A DNA stretch of 64,000 bases from Macrostomum lignano (taxonomy: Eukaryota), in assembly GCA_002269645.1 (NCBI GenBank), contig NIVC01001173.1, positions 1 through 64,000 of the forward strand. Direction: 5' to 3'. The notes beneath the pieces are model-generated. The model made no database searches, had not been told where the DNA came from, and saw nothing but the letters and a program-made list of their open reading frames with translations. Within the stretch, counting starts at the first letter, position 1. The number at the start of each line of letters is the position of its first letter. This document shows positions 1 through 40,700 of the stretch, piece after piece. The translations under genes were made by a program, and so were the position numbers.

Positions 1-1239
1 TCAGCTATTATACCACATGACCGACTCCGACTAACCATCTACCCGCATAAAAGGAGGAAAATTTAACTACTAATAGAATCGAGCAGTTTCAATGAGGCAA
101 TTTTATTAATTTATAAAATACCTCTGTTGCAAAAAGAGCGCAAGGAAAAACACGAAACAATTTTTCAAAACGAAAAACACACGCGACTAATTAAAAGTGA
201 AAGGAGTTTTGAACAATGTGCGCGCGCTTTGGAATGCGGTGTTAGATTAACAAATGGATTAACAATTCACAGAGAGATCTCACAAGAGCGCTACTGGATA
301 CTGAAAAGATGGCAATTTGATTTAGAACATTAGCACAAAAATTTACAATTGAGTTTAGGCATGAAGGAACCAAATCACAGCTCTTGTCGATTTTCGAAGC
401 AGCAAACTCAAATTAAGGTAAAAAATTATGTTTTAGTAGAAAATGCTAACAACACTACTAGTAGATAGCTCTTGGACAGTAGCACAATAGGAAAAATGTG
501 ACAATTAAAAAATCGCACAATGCTTAAACAAAGAAAGTATATTATTTGTTATTCTACTCTAATTAATCCACTATTCAAACAATTTTAAAAAGCAGAAACC
601 AACCAATTAGTGGAATAAATAATTATTAGGTAAAATATCTATTACCAAACAAGTCTATTTGGACTGCCACCATTCCTGAGTGTACAGCAGTATCCTTCTC
701 TAGTCTGGAAGTCCTTGCGCATCGGGTATTGGAAGATTAAAGGAATAAAAGACGCGGCTTTGAGAATAAAATAGAATCTATAGAAATAAAAGTGCAAATG
801 ATGTACAAGCCAGCAATATGATAATTTGCAATGGTTTTAAAATGAAGATGAATGACAGAAGCACGGAATATATTATTGAAATAGCCAGCTGTAAACTTAG
901 GTAATGTAGTTGGAACACGGCCGCAGCAGATTGATTACAGTAACTACTCAAGTCCTGAGCTCGATTCTCTACCCACCAATGAGGCTAAAAATCTTGATGG
1001 TAAATGATATGTAAAAATGATAAAATTTCTTATGCTGCCTCTGCAAAATAAGGTATCAATAATCGCTACTTGCCTACTTAAAAAGATAAGTAGACAGTAG
1101 CGCACTTTTATTCTGCGACGTGAATCTGATTAGCCACATTTTGAAAGACCCAAGTCACTGTTAAGAACCGTGAAAATAAGATGCAGATTTTGAAGGCCGA
1201 TTTTTATCATCCGTTAATACAAAACCGGCCTTCAAAACA

Positions 1240-1245
1240 TTTATT
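1240..1245 (-). promoter_or_regulatory. Candidate polyadenylation signal (AATAAA) of Piezo
   Basis: tttatt on + = AATAAA on -, about 50 nt downstream of the Piezo stop codon. Confidence 0.55.
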
Positions 1246-1296
1246 GTTTAAATCAAACAAAAGGCCAACGATGGACATATTCCAACTACAGTCCTA

Positions 1297-30396
<29,100 letters not shown>

Positions 30397-32260
30397 TCTT
30401 TAAAATTTTTATTTGCTTAATAGCAACATTGAATTGAAAGATAAAATAACCATTTGCATGCTAATTAGGACCAGAAATTTGCAAAAAAAATAGTGACAAA
30501 ATATTTGATTGAATTTTTTGTATAAATTAAGATTTTTCATTTCTATGTATATTTTATATACCAAAGCCAATTTAATAATGAACTCTTTATGCTTGAAATT
30601 TGATTACTTAAAATTTACTTTTATAATATAACTCAACTCAAGCTTGGCTTAAACAAACAATCTTGGCTCATTGACATTGTGATTCTACAAATAATATGCT
30701 CTACCTAAGTTGTTGGTCATTGAATTTTTGGTTGATTACCCACCCCTAAATCCAAACTTTTGGTATCTAGTCAATCTATTATAGATGCGCAACTGCCAAG
30801 CATGAAAACATGCAATGAATAAGACAATCATAGTTACTTTTGCCATTTGTCCAAAATTGCATTTTTGGTTAAAAAGTAAGTTGCATGGCTAATATAAATT
30901 AGGGGAAGGGTTGTGCAAATATATAATCCAACATAGCAATAACACAATCTAGCAAGGTGGCAATAAACAATCTGGCAAAAATCAAAATGGCAATAGTCAA
31001 TCTAGCAACAAGGTATACTAAAAAGCTATTAAACTAGCTATTTGACATTTAAATAGGTTAGAAGGCTTTTATAATATATTATTTTTTTATTTATATTTTT
31101 AATAGTCTAGGCCTATATACAAGAGTTTGGCATTTAAAAATTTAGCAGGTTAAAAATCTGCAGCTTTTAACAGCTTTTCTTATAATGATAACATTGCTTT
31201 GGAAAATGGGAAACTACATAAAAGATTAAATTGATACATTTTATATTTTTTATACAGGATACAATTTGCAAAATGCAAAATGCATAATCAGATACAAAAT
31301 TACCTAGCAGTTATTATCAATGTTGTAACTTAATAGGGATATCAACTGGGAAGCTCCAACAACTGTCATGTATGTAAAAAAATTCACAACACTATTACAT
31401 TAAAATGTTTGATGTGACACCCCAATGTGATGTGACCACCACAGCTATTACTGGCTAGGCCTACTGGTATTGAGGGGGAGCTACCAATCTTTTAGCATTG
31501 CTATTCCTCTCATAGGTTCCTTTCTTGCAGCCTTGTCCTACTGGCTCTCCTACCTACTTAGGGCCTATCTCCTTTCTAGCACCATCTAATAACATATTGA
31601 GCCAAATTTCTTCCCTAGCTCCCCCAAGTGTGGCAGTCTTGGTGTGGTGTGGCAGTCTTGGTCCTATACCACTAAAAACAACATGTAAAGTTTTTTTTGC
31701 ATCTAAGATCTTTATAAAAATTTACTATACAAAATCTGTTGCTGGATTGTTTGTTGCCACTTTTGTTTGTTGCTGGATTGTTTGGATTGACTGTTGCCAG
31801 ATTGTCTTGTTGCCAGATTGACTGGAAGCCAAACTTTTATATACCTAGGCCTAATCTTCAATACTGACAAGACAATAGTCAATAGACACCATGCCTCTAT
31901 TATTGAAGGTAAGTATATAAAATCAATCTCTAGGCCTATCTACAACTATGAGAATCTTTTTACCCTAAAACCCCCTATACCTCATTCCCCAGTATTTCAC
32001 CTTAAGCTAAATATTGCAAGATTTTAAGCTAAATATCGCCTTAAGCTAACGATTATGATACTTTGGGTTGAAGCTACTTAGCTACCAAAAAGCTTAATAA
32101 TAAAAAACTATATTATTAATACTAAATAAGTATATAGGCCTATCAGTTCAGTTACATACTACGAGTAAACATACAAATATGACTTATTATTATTAGATAC
32201 ACAATTGGCTGCGAGAATATTTACAAAAGCAGTAAAAGAACAACTACTGACGACTGACAA

Positions 32261-32465
32261 TCTTCACTGATAGTGATACACGAATTCCATCAGTGAGAAA
32301 GAAAACTCAGCATAATAAAACGACGATTTTATTAGTTACGTATCTGTTGCACAAAACATGACTATTGGCATTAAAAAATTTTTTTCACCCTATTTTTATC
32401 GCAAAATTTAATTGCTTGCACATGCTACTAGCGGTAGGAGTACAAAAGGCAAATATTTTGTTAAA
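32261..32465 (+). repeat. ~205-bp direct repeat, copy 1
   Basis: TCTTCACTGATAGTGATACACGAATTCC...GGCAAATATTTTGTTAAA, near-identical to 37313-37517. Confidence 0.93.
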
Positions 32466-32483
32466 TTGTTGTTTGTTAAGAAG

Positions 32484-35400
32484 TCATAGAAGCGTCATGT
32501 AAAAATCGTAGAAGCGTCATGTAAAAATCATAGAAGCGTCATGTAAACAATCATAGAAGCGTCATGTTAAAAGTCATAGAAGCGTCATGTAAAAAATCAT
32601 AGAAGCGTCATGTAAACAATCGTAGAAGCGTCATTAAAAATCATAGAAGTGTCATGTAAACAATCATAGAAGCGTCATTTAAAAATCATAGAAGCGTCAT
32701 GTAAAAAATCATAGAAGCGTCATGTAAACAATCATAGAAGCGTCATATAAAAATCATAGAAGCGTTATTTAAAAAAATCATAGAAGCGTCATGTAAAAAG
32801 CATAGAAGCGTCATGTAAACAATCATAGAAGCGTCATGTAAACAATCATAGAAGCGTCATGTAAACAATCATAGAAGCGTCATGTAAACAATCATAGAAG
32901 CGTCATGTAAAAATCATAGAAGTGTCATGTAAACAATCGTAGAAGCGTCATGTAAAAAATCATAGAAGCGTCATGTAAACTGATGGGTTTCGACCTTCGG
33001 GCTCCTTGTTAGGGAAGCCTTCGGGCCTCAGGCTCAGAAATAAATCAATTAGAGACCTGGCCCCCCACTCCTGTCAGATGGTCAGCCCCATGGTAGCTTG
33101 ATCGTGTGGCGAGCAGTCTAGGTCCTATAGCTAAGAGAGGGACAGCGAGAGACGAGCAGGGAGAATTTTGAAAGTAGAAATTAGCTAATCCGCAGATCAA
33201 CTAACTTGCTGCCACCAGCCCGTGCGCCCTGGCTCACCACACCGGGACTCTCGAAATCGGGCTTCCGACTAGAAGGGGCTTTGCACTTACCTGCCAACTA
33301 GTGTCTTTTTGCTGTCAATCTCGAAGTCATAGCCGATGATAAGGGACACTGCTGGGACTAGATCGCATTGGCCATGCAGGTACAGAGGGGACTTGTGCAG
33401 GGGATCCTTGCGGTGGCGAGTCTATGGGGTAGCTACATGTACTATTACATTGCTAAATACGAAGATATGTACTTTTGGCCTTTAACGCGCCAACTAGCCT
33501 CTCATAGCGCTGATGATAGACTAACTCGAACTTCAGAGACCGCATGATTCATTTACCCGAGCCGCTTGGCTACCCTAGTGCACAAAGTACATCTCTGGCG
33601 CCGATTCTGCAACTCTGGCAGTTTTGCTCATTGATTTGGTAGATTGGTCGACTGAGAACTGCCTTGCCATTGGTCCACTGTGACCGGCGCCTACTAGCTT
33701 AGCTACTCATCTGAGCCATCGGCGAACAAAGAAATAAAACCGATAAAAATAACTGTTAGATTTAACCTTCTCCTCAGTTCACTTCACACTTCAGATCGAA
33801 TTGGAGTCTTCGACTACTTGCAGTATTATTGAATGATTTCTGCCTCAGCAACAGCACTACTGAACAAAATGAGCAAAAGTGTGCGCCTAATTCAGCTACT
33901 GCAACAGGGGACAGATAAGGGATCACCCAATCAAGCAAGTCTAGGTAGCCTCTCACCCAACCAATCAGAAACTCAACAGCCGGAGACCAGGTAATCCACA
34001 GTGACCGAATCGGCTCGATGCTCTGCAGCTGTAGACTCGGGATGATGCTGTCACACTCTTCGCTGTTAGCTAGCAGGTGATGCTCTTAACTTGATGTTCG
34101 CTGCTGATGACCGGGGACTCGTCCTTGATGATGATGGGGGAAGTCGCAATCCGGGGATCAAGAAACGACGGTCGTGCTCCGGGAACCAGAAGTTGCGCGC
34201 TGGGCCCGAGCCAAAGTTGAGTCCGAGCGGGCCAAAAACTCCGGTTTAAATAGCCGCCAACTGGACCGCAGTTTGTTATAATGGAACACGTCGATTCTGA
34301 TTGGCTGAGCCGTTTTGTTAAAATGAGCGCCGAATTTTCTGATTGGCTAAGCTTGTTGCTACCCAGAATCACGTGACCGAGAGATCCTATCAGTTCCCAC
34401 AGGGTCGTAAAAAGATGACAGGTGCGGCCATAAATCACTCAAAATCGCAACAACATGATTTATGACCTTTCGCGTAGGATTGACAGAAATTAATGAAAAA
34501 ATATACCTTAGAAAGCTCTTATTAAATAGAAAGTGAAGATAATGAAGAGAAATCGCTAATCGCTAATCCCAAGGTACTTTTAGGGGTAAAACGCATAGCT
34601 GTCAAAGCTGTAACACGCTTGAGTGAACACGAACAATAGGCTCTGACCTCGTAAATCTTGATGGCCTGTCAAGATAATGAGAAAAAAGCTACCGCCCGCA
34701 TCCTCTCAGACCATCTGGCGCCCGCTTCAACACTGAGTGAGGCGCAGGTGGCTGTCAGACCAACTTCGAAAGCGATGATTTATGACCCAAAAAGCTGCGC
34801 CTATGTTATTATGACTACTAGTATGACCAGACATTATATCTAGTATAGTTTCTATGAAAATTCGCAGAAAAAGGATAAAAATGCCCATTGCCCACTGTTA
34901 GTAGGCAAGTAAGTTTAGAGCCCATGTGCTAGCGCGGGATTTGGGAAAAAGTGCGTCCTCATCAAAACAATCATAGAAGCGTCATGTTAAAAATCATAGA
35001 AGCGTCATGTAAAAAATCATAGAAGCGTCATGTAAACAATCGTAGAAGCGTCATTAAAAATCATAGAAGTGTCATGTAAACAATCATAGAAGCGTCATGT
35101 AAAAAATCATAGAAGCGTCATGTAAAAAATCATAGAAGCGTCATGTAAACAATCATAGAAGCGTCATATAAAAATCATAGAAGCGTTATTTAAAAAAAAT
35201 CATAGAAGCGTCATGTAAACAATCATAGAAGCGTCATATAAAAATCATAGAAGCGTTATTTAAAAAAATCATAGAAGCGTCATGTAAAAAGCATAGAAGC
35301 GTCATGTAAACAATCATAGAAGCGTCATGTAAACAATCATAGAAGCGTCATGTAAACAATCATAGAAGCGTCATGTAAACAATCATAGAATGGTCATGTA

Positions 35401-36120
35401 AAAAATCATAGAAGCGTCATGTTAAAAATCATAGAAGGGTCATGTAAAAAATCATAGAAGCGTCATGTAAACAATCATAGAAGCGTCATTAAAAATCATA
35501 GAAGTGTCATGTAAACAATCATAGAAGCGTCATGTAAAAAATCATAGAAGCGTCATGTAAAAAATCATAGAAGCGTCATGTAAACAATCATAGAAGTGTC
35601 ATATAAAAATCATAGAAGCGTCATTTAAAAAAATCATAGAAGCGTCATGTAAAAATCGTAGAAGCGTCATGTAAAAAGCATAGAAGCGTCATGTAGAAAG
35701 CATAGAAGCGTCATATAAAACTCATAGAAGCGTCATTTAAAAAAATCATAGAAGCGTCATGTAAACAATCATAGAAGCGTAATGTAAAAAATCATAGAAG
35801 CGTCATGTATAATCATAGAAGTGTCATGTAAAAAAGTCATAGAAGCGTCATGTAAACAATCATAGAAGTGTCATGTAAACAATCATAGAAGCGTCATGAA
35901 AAAATCATAGAAGCGTCATGTAAACAATCATCGAAGCGTCATCTAAAAAGTCATAGAAGCGTCATGTAAAAAATCATAGAAGCGTCATGAAAAAATCATA
36001 GGAGTGTCATGAAAAAATCATAGAAGCGTCATGAAAAAATCATAGAAGCCTCATTAAAAACTAATGAAAGTGTCATTTAAAAAATTAAGAAGCATCATGG
36101 TAGAATAAAAGAAGCGTCAT
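32484..36120. repeat. ~23-bp satellite split by an LTR-like insert (32484-32980 and 34965-36120)
   Basis: Unit CATAGAAGCGTCATGTAAA(A/C)AAT. Confidence 0.95.
32981..34964 (-). mobile_element. 1984-bp solo-LTR-like element inserted in the satellite
   Basis: Ends TGATG...CATCA; 4-bp TSD AAAC (32977-32980 / 34965-34968) interrupts a satellite unit cleanly; no long ORF. Minus orientation is inferred from the CCAAT/CCAAT/TATTTAAA order. Confidence 0.8.
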
Positions 36121-36239
36121 GTCAGACATGAAGGGTGTCATGTAAAAATTAAATGCAGCTATAATGCCGTGCTAGGGTGAAAAACTGAGACGTCAAGGCT
36201 CACAGAGAATAACTGAGATTACGGGGGGGGGGGTGGTTC

Positions 36240-37260
36240 TGAGATGTCAAAGCAAAAGTCAGAAGCTACTTCAAAGTTCATGTACTTTACTCAATTTTTT
36301 TATTACATTCTTTGTTGGCTCGCCACAGGGGGGGGGGCGCTGATAGAAGAAGAGTCATGTAAAAATAAAAGTAGCACTATGTATACATAAAAGAAAAGTC
36401 ATGTCGAAGTTAAAAGATTCCTTTGGGAATTGCTACGATGTCAAAGCTTGGTGGAAATCGTTATAGTGCTGTTATTCTTAAAGAAGGAATCACTAAAATG
36501 TCAAGGCTTAGGGGAGAAGAATTGCTGAGATTTCAAGACTTTAGGTTGGGTTAAAGTTAGGTTTAGGTCAGGTTTGGGTTGAGGGTTATATTTTATCGGG
36601 TTTCAAGGTTAACGGGGGGGTTTTTAGATTTCAAGGTTTATGGAGGCCATCCCTGACATGTCAAGGCTTACGGGGGGAATAGCTGACATGTCAAGGCTCA
36701 CGGGGGTATAAATGAGATTTCAAGGCTAAAGTCAGAAGCTACATGTAGTTTATTGAAAACTTTTTATTACATTATTTGATGCCTCCTCATTGGAGGGATC
36801 GCTGATAAAAAAAGCGTAATGTAAAAAATAAAAGAAGCTTCATGTCGAAGTGAAGAGATGCATTTGGGAATCCCTACGATGTCGAGGCTTGCAGGGAATC
36901 GCTATAATGCTGTAGTAGTGCAATAATGACTCTTAGAGAGAATTACTGAAATGTCAATGCTTTAGGGTTAGGTTAGGGTTAGGGTTAGGTTAGGGTTAGG
37001 GCTAGGGTTAGGGTTAGGGTTAGGGTTAGGCTAGGGTTAGGGTTAGGGTTAGGGTTAGGGTTAGGGTTAGGCTAGAGTTAGGGTTAGAAGGTTGACAGAT
37101 ATTTTTAGATTTCCAAGGCTTATTGGGGGCATTGCTGAGATGTCAAGGGGGGAAGTTGATATGTTAAAGCTTGTGGGGTGGGGAATTACTGACATTTCAA
37201 GGCTGACAAGTTTTGACAGGAGATTTTTTAAGATTTCAAGGATACCTGTAGCTTATTAAA
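36240..37260. repeat. Diverged ~473-bp tandem duplication
   Basis: GTCAGAAGCTAC at 36258 and 36731, followed by colinear diverged sequence (CATGTCGAAGT, TTTGGGAAT, CTACGATGTC). Confidence 0.75.
36962..37087 (+). repeat. Interstitial telomeric repeat (TTAGGG)n with TTAGG/CTAGGG variants
   Basis: About 21 telomere-type units read directly. Confidence 0.95.
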
Positions 37261-37312
37261 AAAACGTGTATTGCATTTCTTTGGCTCCCCAACGGGGGGC
37301 GTAGATTGCTAG

Positions 37313-37517
37313 TCTTCACTGATAGTGATACACGAATTCCATCAGTGAGAAAGAAAACTCAGCATAATAAAACGACGATTTTATTAGTTACGTATCTGTT
37401 GCACAAAGCATGACTATTGGCATTAAAATATTTTTTTCACCCTATTTTTATCGCAAAATTTCATTGCTTGCACATGCTACTAGCGGTAGGAGTACAAAAG
37501 GCAAATATTTTGTTAAA
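37313..37517 (+). repeat. ~205-bp direct repeat, copy 2
   Basis: Near-identical to 32261-32465. Confidence 0.93.
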
Positions 37518-37955
37518 ATTTTTTATTAGAATTTTCAAAAAACTATTTTAACAGAATAGAGCACATTCTCTATTCTGAGTAGAAGAGTAGAAGCTGGATT
37601 TTTTAAGGTTGGAAATCCAGTTGCCAGTTTGGCCCTTGGGGGCTTAAAATGCATTTGCCAAATGCCAATGGCTATTTTCGGTTTCCCCATTGCAACTAGC
37701 CAAATTCTCGAGAATGGATATTTCCAAGGCTAATGTTTGAAAAGCAGAAATTTTTTCTCTCAATTCTAAGATTGCTATCTATGCTGCAAAACAATAACGA
37801 TTCCATCATATCGATTCATATGGCACTTTTATTACACTTACGAAATCATTTTTTGATATTGGCAACTGGCACAGAGATTCCTGCAATGAATAGAAGTGCA
37901 ATACATGTAAACTAATAGATTCTGTGTAGTGAGCCGTACTAGCTACTAGGATTAC

Positions 37956-38972
37956 TGTTGGTGTCTCACTCTTATAGTCAGCAGTTTCCCTCGCCCTCGC
38001 TATCTCCCTTCCCTCGCCTGAGCCTCCGCCTGCCGCAGGGCGCAGCTCTCCCTTTTTGCTCCCTGTCCCCCCGTTCCCTCTGCGCTCTGTTTTGCAGGGC
38101 TGGGCAGCTTGCCTCAGCCTGCTCTTGGTTTGCTCTGTGTAGCAGTTCAATAGTGGCTTCACTGGTGGGCCGCTTTCCCCTTGTCATGTGAGCCAGTCAC
38201 ACATGAATTCCTCAGTGCCCAATTGGTCCGTGTTTATGCATGGCGGAAATCACGCGCTCCTGGACCTCTGCCTTCTCTAAGGCAAAAAACCCTTCAGGTC
38301 AAGCGGCTGCAGGACCTCTCGGACGGCGTGGCGCACTTGAAACCACCAGCTGGATGTCCCGCCGCTTGGTGGTAGCGTCGCGCCATTCAGGAAGTCGGCG
38401 ACGTCACGGTGTCGCACGGGGGCGGCGAATGTTAAAGCAATTTGAAGCAAAAAAGAAGGCGGAAGCGCATTTCAAAAAGATTTTAGAGGAAAAGGATATC
38501 TGGGGATAAAAACGAGAGAGTAGAAGTAAAAGAAAAGCGAAAACGAAAGGATAGGATAGAAAAGTGAGTCGAAATAATTAAAAAGGTAAAGGAGGATGAA
38601 ATAAATGATAAATAGATACATAAAATGTAAAATGTATGATGTAGACGGGTGAAAACAGGAGCAAAAGTCAAAGGGGAAGCAAAGAGCAACGAGAGAGAAG
38701 GGCGCGTGGATACCGCGGGCGACCAGGCGAAGGCACAGGGAAGTCGACCGCGTCAGTTAAGTTTTGCATCTGACGTCGGTATTCTACGTTCTTCCTACCA
38801 CCCAAAGGCCCACTGTACATGGCTATATACATGTACAGTACTCCTTGATACTGCCATGCCTCCGCTTTCAATATTTTAGATTTCTTAGATGCGCAGATTC
38901 TTGCTGTACTGCAGCGCAAGGCCTACGCGTGGACCAGGTCGTGTGAACACGATGCACTGGCCCGACTCATCA
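37956..38972. mobile_element. Possible decayed LTR-retroelement fragment
   Basis: GC-rich island with broken reading frames; ends ...CTCATCA at 38972, like the 34964 end; TGATG at 38637 would give a 336-bp LTR. No TSD, PBS or recognisable domain. Confidence 0.3.
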
Positions 38973-39561
38973 AAAACCGGATTAATTACTTAGTAGACCA
39001 ATGGCCTACGTTAGAGGAATTAATCTCTAAAGAACAGAAACTACACTTTGATCTTAGCCAATAAGGCCGAGAAGCGATAAAGTAAATGAGATTTAAACAC
39101 TTTTTTATAAAGTAACTAAGCGACATGCATATCAAAAGCCTTCGTTTTCATAGTGTCGACCGTCTCGCATCAAAAGACATCAAATGGTACTAAAAATGAA
39201 AAGATCGAAGGAAACAAGCCAATTGCTTTTAGAAAAGCTTCTTGCTTTTTCTGTTAAAATAAATCATTGTATAAACTTTTTTCAATTCGAAACAATCCAG
39301 TTAAAAAAGAACACAATGTGACCGATTTAAATGCGCAAATAACTCTACTTTAAGTAGAATGACGCAGCTCGAACACTTGTAAGTGGTGATAGACAATTTT
39401 CAACAAGAGGGAGGAAAACTGAGTAATCGAGATCTGGAACCTAGATGAATGGCCTTCTATAGAGAGCCTTTTTGTCAGAAGCAAGGAAGTATAGTTTTTA
39501 ATAGGATAATTAAGTAAGAAGTAAAACAGAGAGGTAAGAAGTAAGATTAACTTGGAAACTT

Positions 39562-40461
39562 ATAGTGTCAGTTTTTATTGTCCCGCATAGAGATAGGTTT
39601 TGTCTCGCATAGAGGCGCCTAACCGCAGTCACTCCTGTGAAACTTGTCTCTGCCTGGCTGAAAGCTTGTAATGAGTGAGTAGGCTGGGTTGGAGGGTAAT
39701 AGTGGATCGGGAAGGGCTGTGGGTAGCTGTATAGGAAGGCAGGCCTATACCTGTACCAAGGTGCTCTGACGGTATCCCTCAGGCGCCCTCTGAGCGTACA
39801 GCCAGCGACCCTATTAAAGCTGGAGTGTGCCAGAACCAGGACTGAGTCTGAGCAGGACGAGACCGTTGGCACGGTCACAATAGAAATGGCGGGTTGGCGA
39901 AGCAAAGGGTGAAACAGTCCGGCGATTAGCCCTCCTGCCGCTTCAAAGATAAGAGACTGTCTGTTGGCAAGAGTACCCGGGGTTTAGTTGGGGGGGAGGC
40001 TCCTTCGGGTTGCCACGGCCGTGGGGAGCGGTCAAATGACCGGCATTGGCTTAACTAACCCAGGAGTAGGCACGGGCTTCCCTGAATGGTTCACTCAACC
40101 CCCTCTGGCCCTGGGGAGGTTTTTGATTTGTACCCGGGGTGGTGGGCGGTCGGCCCCAGCATGGTTGCCACGGCTCTAGGCCTTCGGGCCATCTCTAATA
40201 GGCTTTGGGGGCCTTCTAACCTGGTTTTTTGGGCACGGGCTTCCTGACTGGTTCGTCGAACCGCTGTCACTGTCCCCCGGGGAGGTTTGGTTTTTCTGAT
40301 ACTGCCCTGTACAGTCCTCTATAGTCTAATTTGGCTTTTAGTGTACATGAGTACACTCCCAATCTAGAATCTAAATTATCTCTAGTGGCGTAAGAGCCTT
40401 TTTACTTAGGCTGAGGCGCCGGAAGTACTTATCATAGTCATAGTGTCAGTTTTTATTGTCC
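39562..40461. mobile_element. ~860-bp insert bounded by perfect 22-bp direct repeats
   Basis: ATAGTGTCAGTTTTTATTGTCC at 39562-39583 and 40440-40461. Confidence 0.55.
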
Positions 40462-40700
40462 TCCATCTGCCGGGTGGAGGAGTCCGGTATTCCATCTCAT
40501 TCAAGCTGATTTAACTCTTGCATCACGTCCTCCGGAATGTCGAGAATCTCTTCTGATTCTATCTTGCGCGCAAATTCTTCGCTCAGTTCCTCCAAATACC
40601 GGCTGTTCGACTCGGATGATACCCACGCCAGCTCTTCGGTCGACATACCGGAAACCATTTCTCCCGGCAGATTGGAATAATTAATTAAATGATTGATCAT
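40462..40700 (-). pseudogene. Decayed ORF resembling the N-terminus of Crypton-type (tyrosine recombinase/DUF3504-associated) transposon proteins
   Basis: LDIPEDVMQELNQLE*DGIPDSSTRQM reads through an in-frame TGA; resemblance is by eye only. Confidence 0.35.

Noticed and set aside
1-1180. ORF 127-333 and AT-rich flank
   Set aside because: No homology or splice context recognised; treated as intergenic.
33774-33956. Short hydrophobic ORF as a Piezo 5' exon or retroviral gene
   Set aside because: Lies inside the LTR-like insert, has no recognisable domain, and is not needed for the Piezo model.
32981-40461. Hammerhead ribozyme cores in the mobile elements
   Set aside because: No CUGANGA...GAAA with flanking stems found by eye; an Infernal scan would be needed to exclude it.
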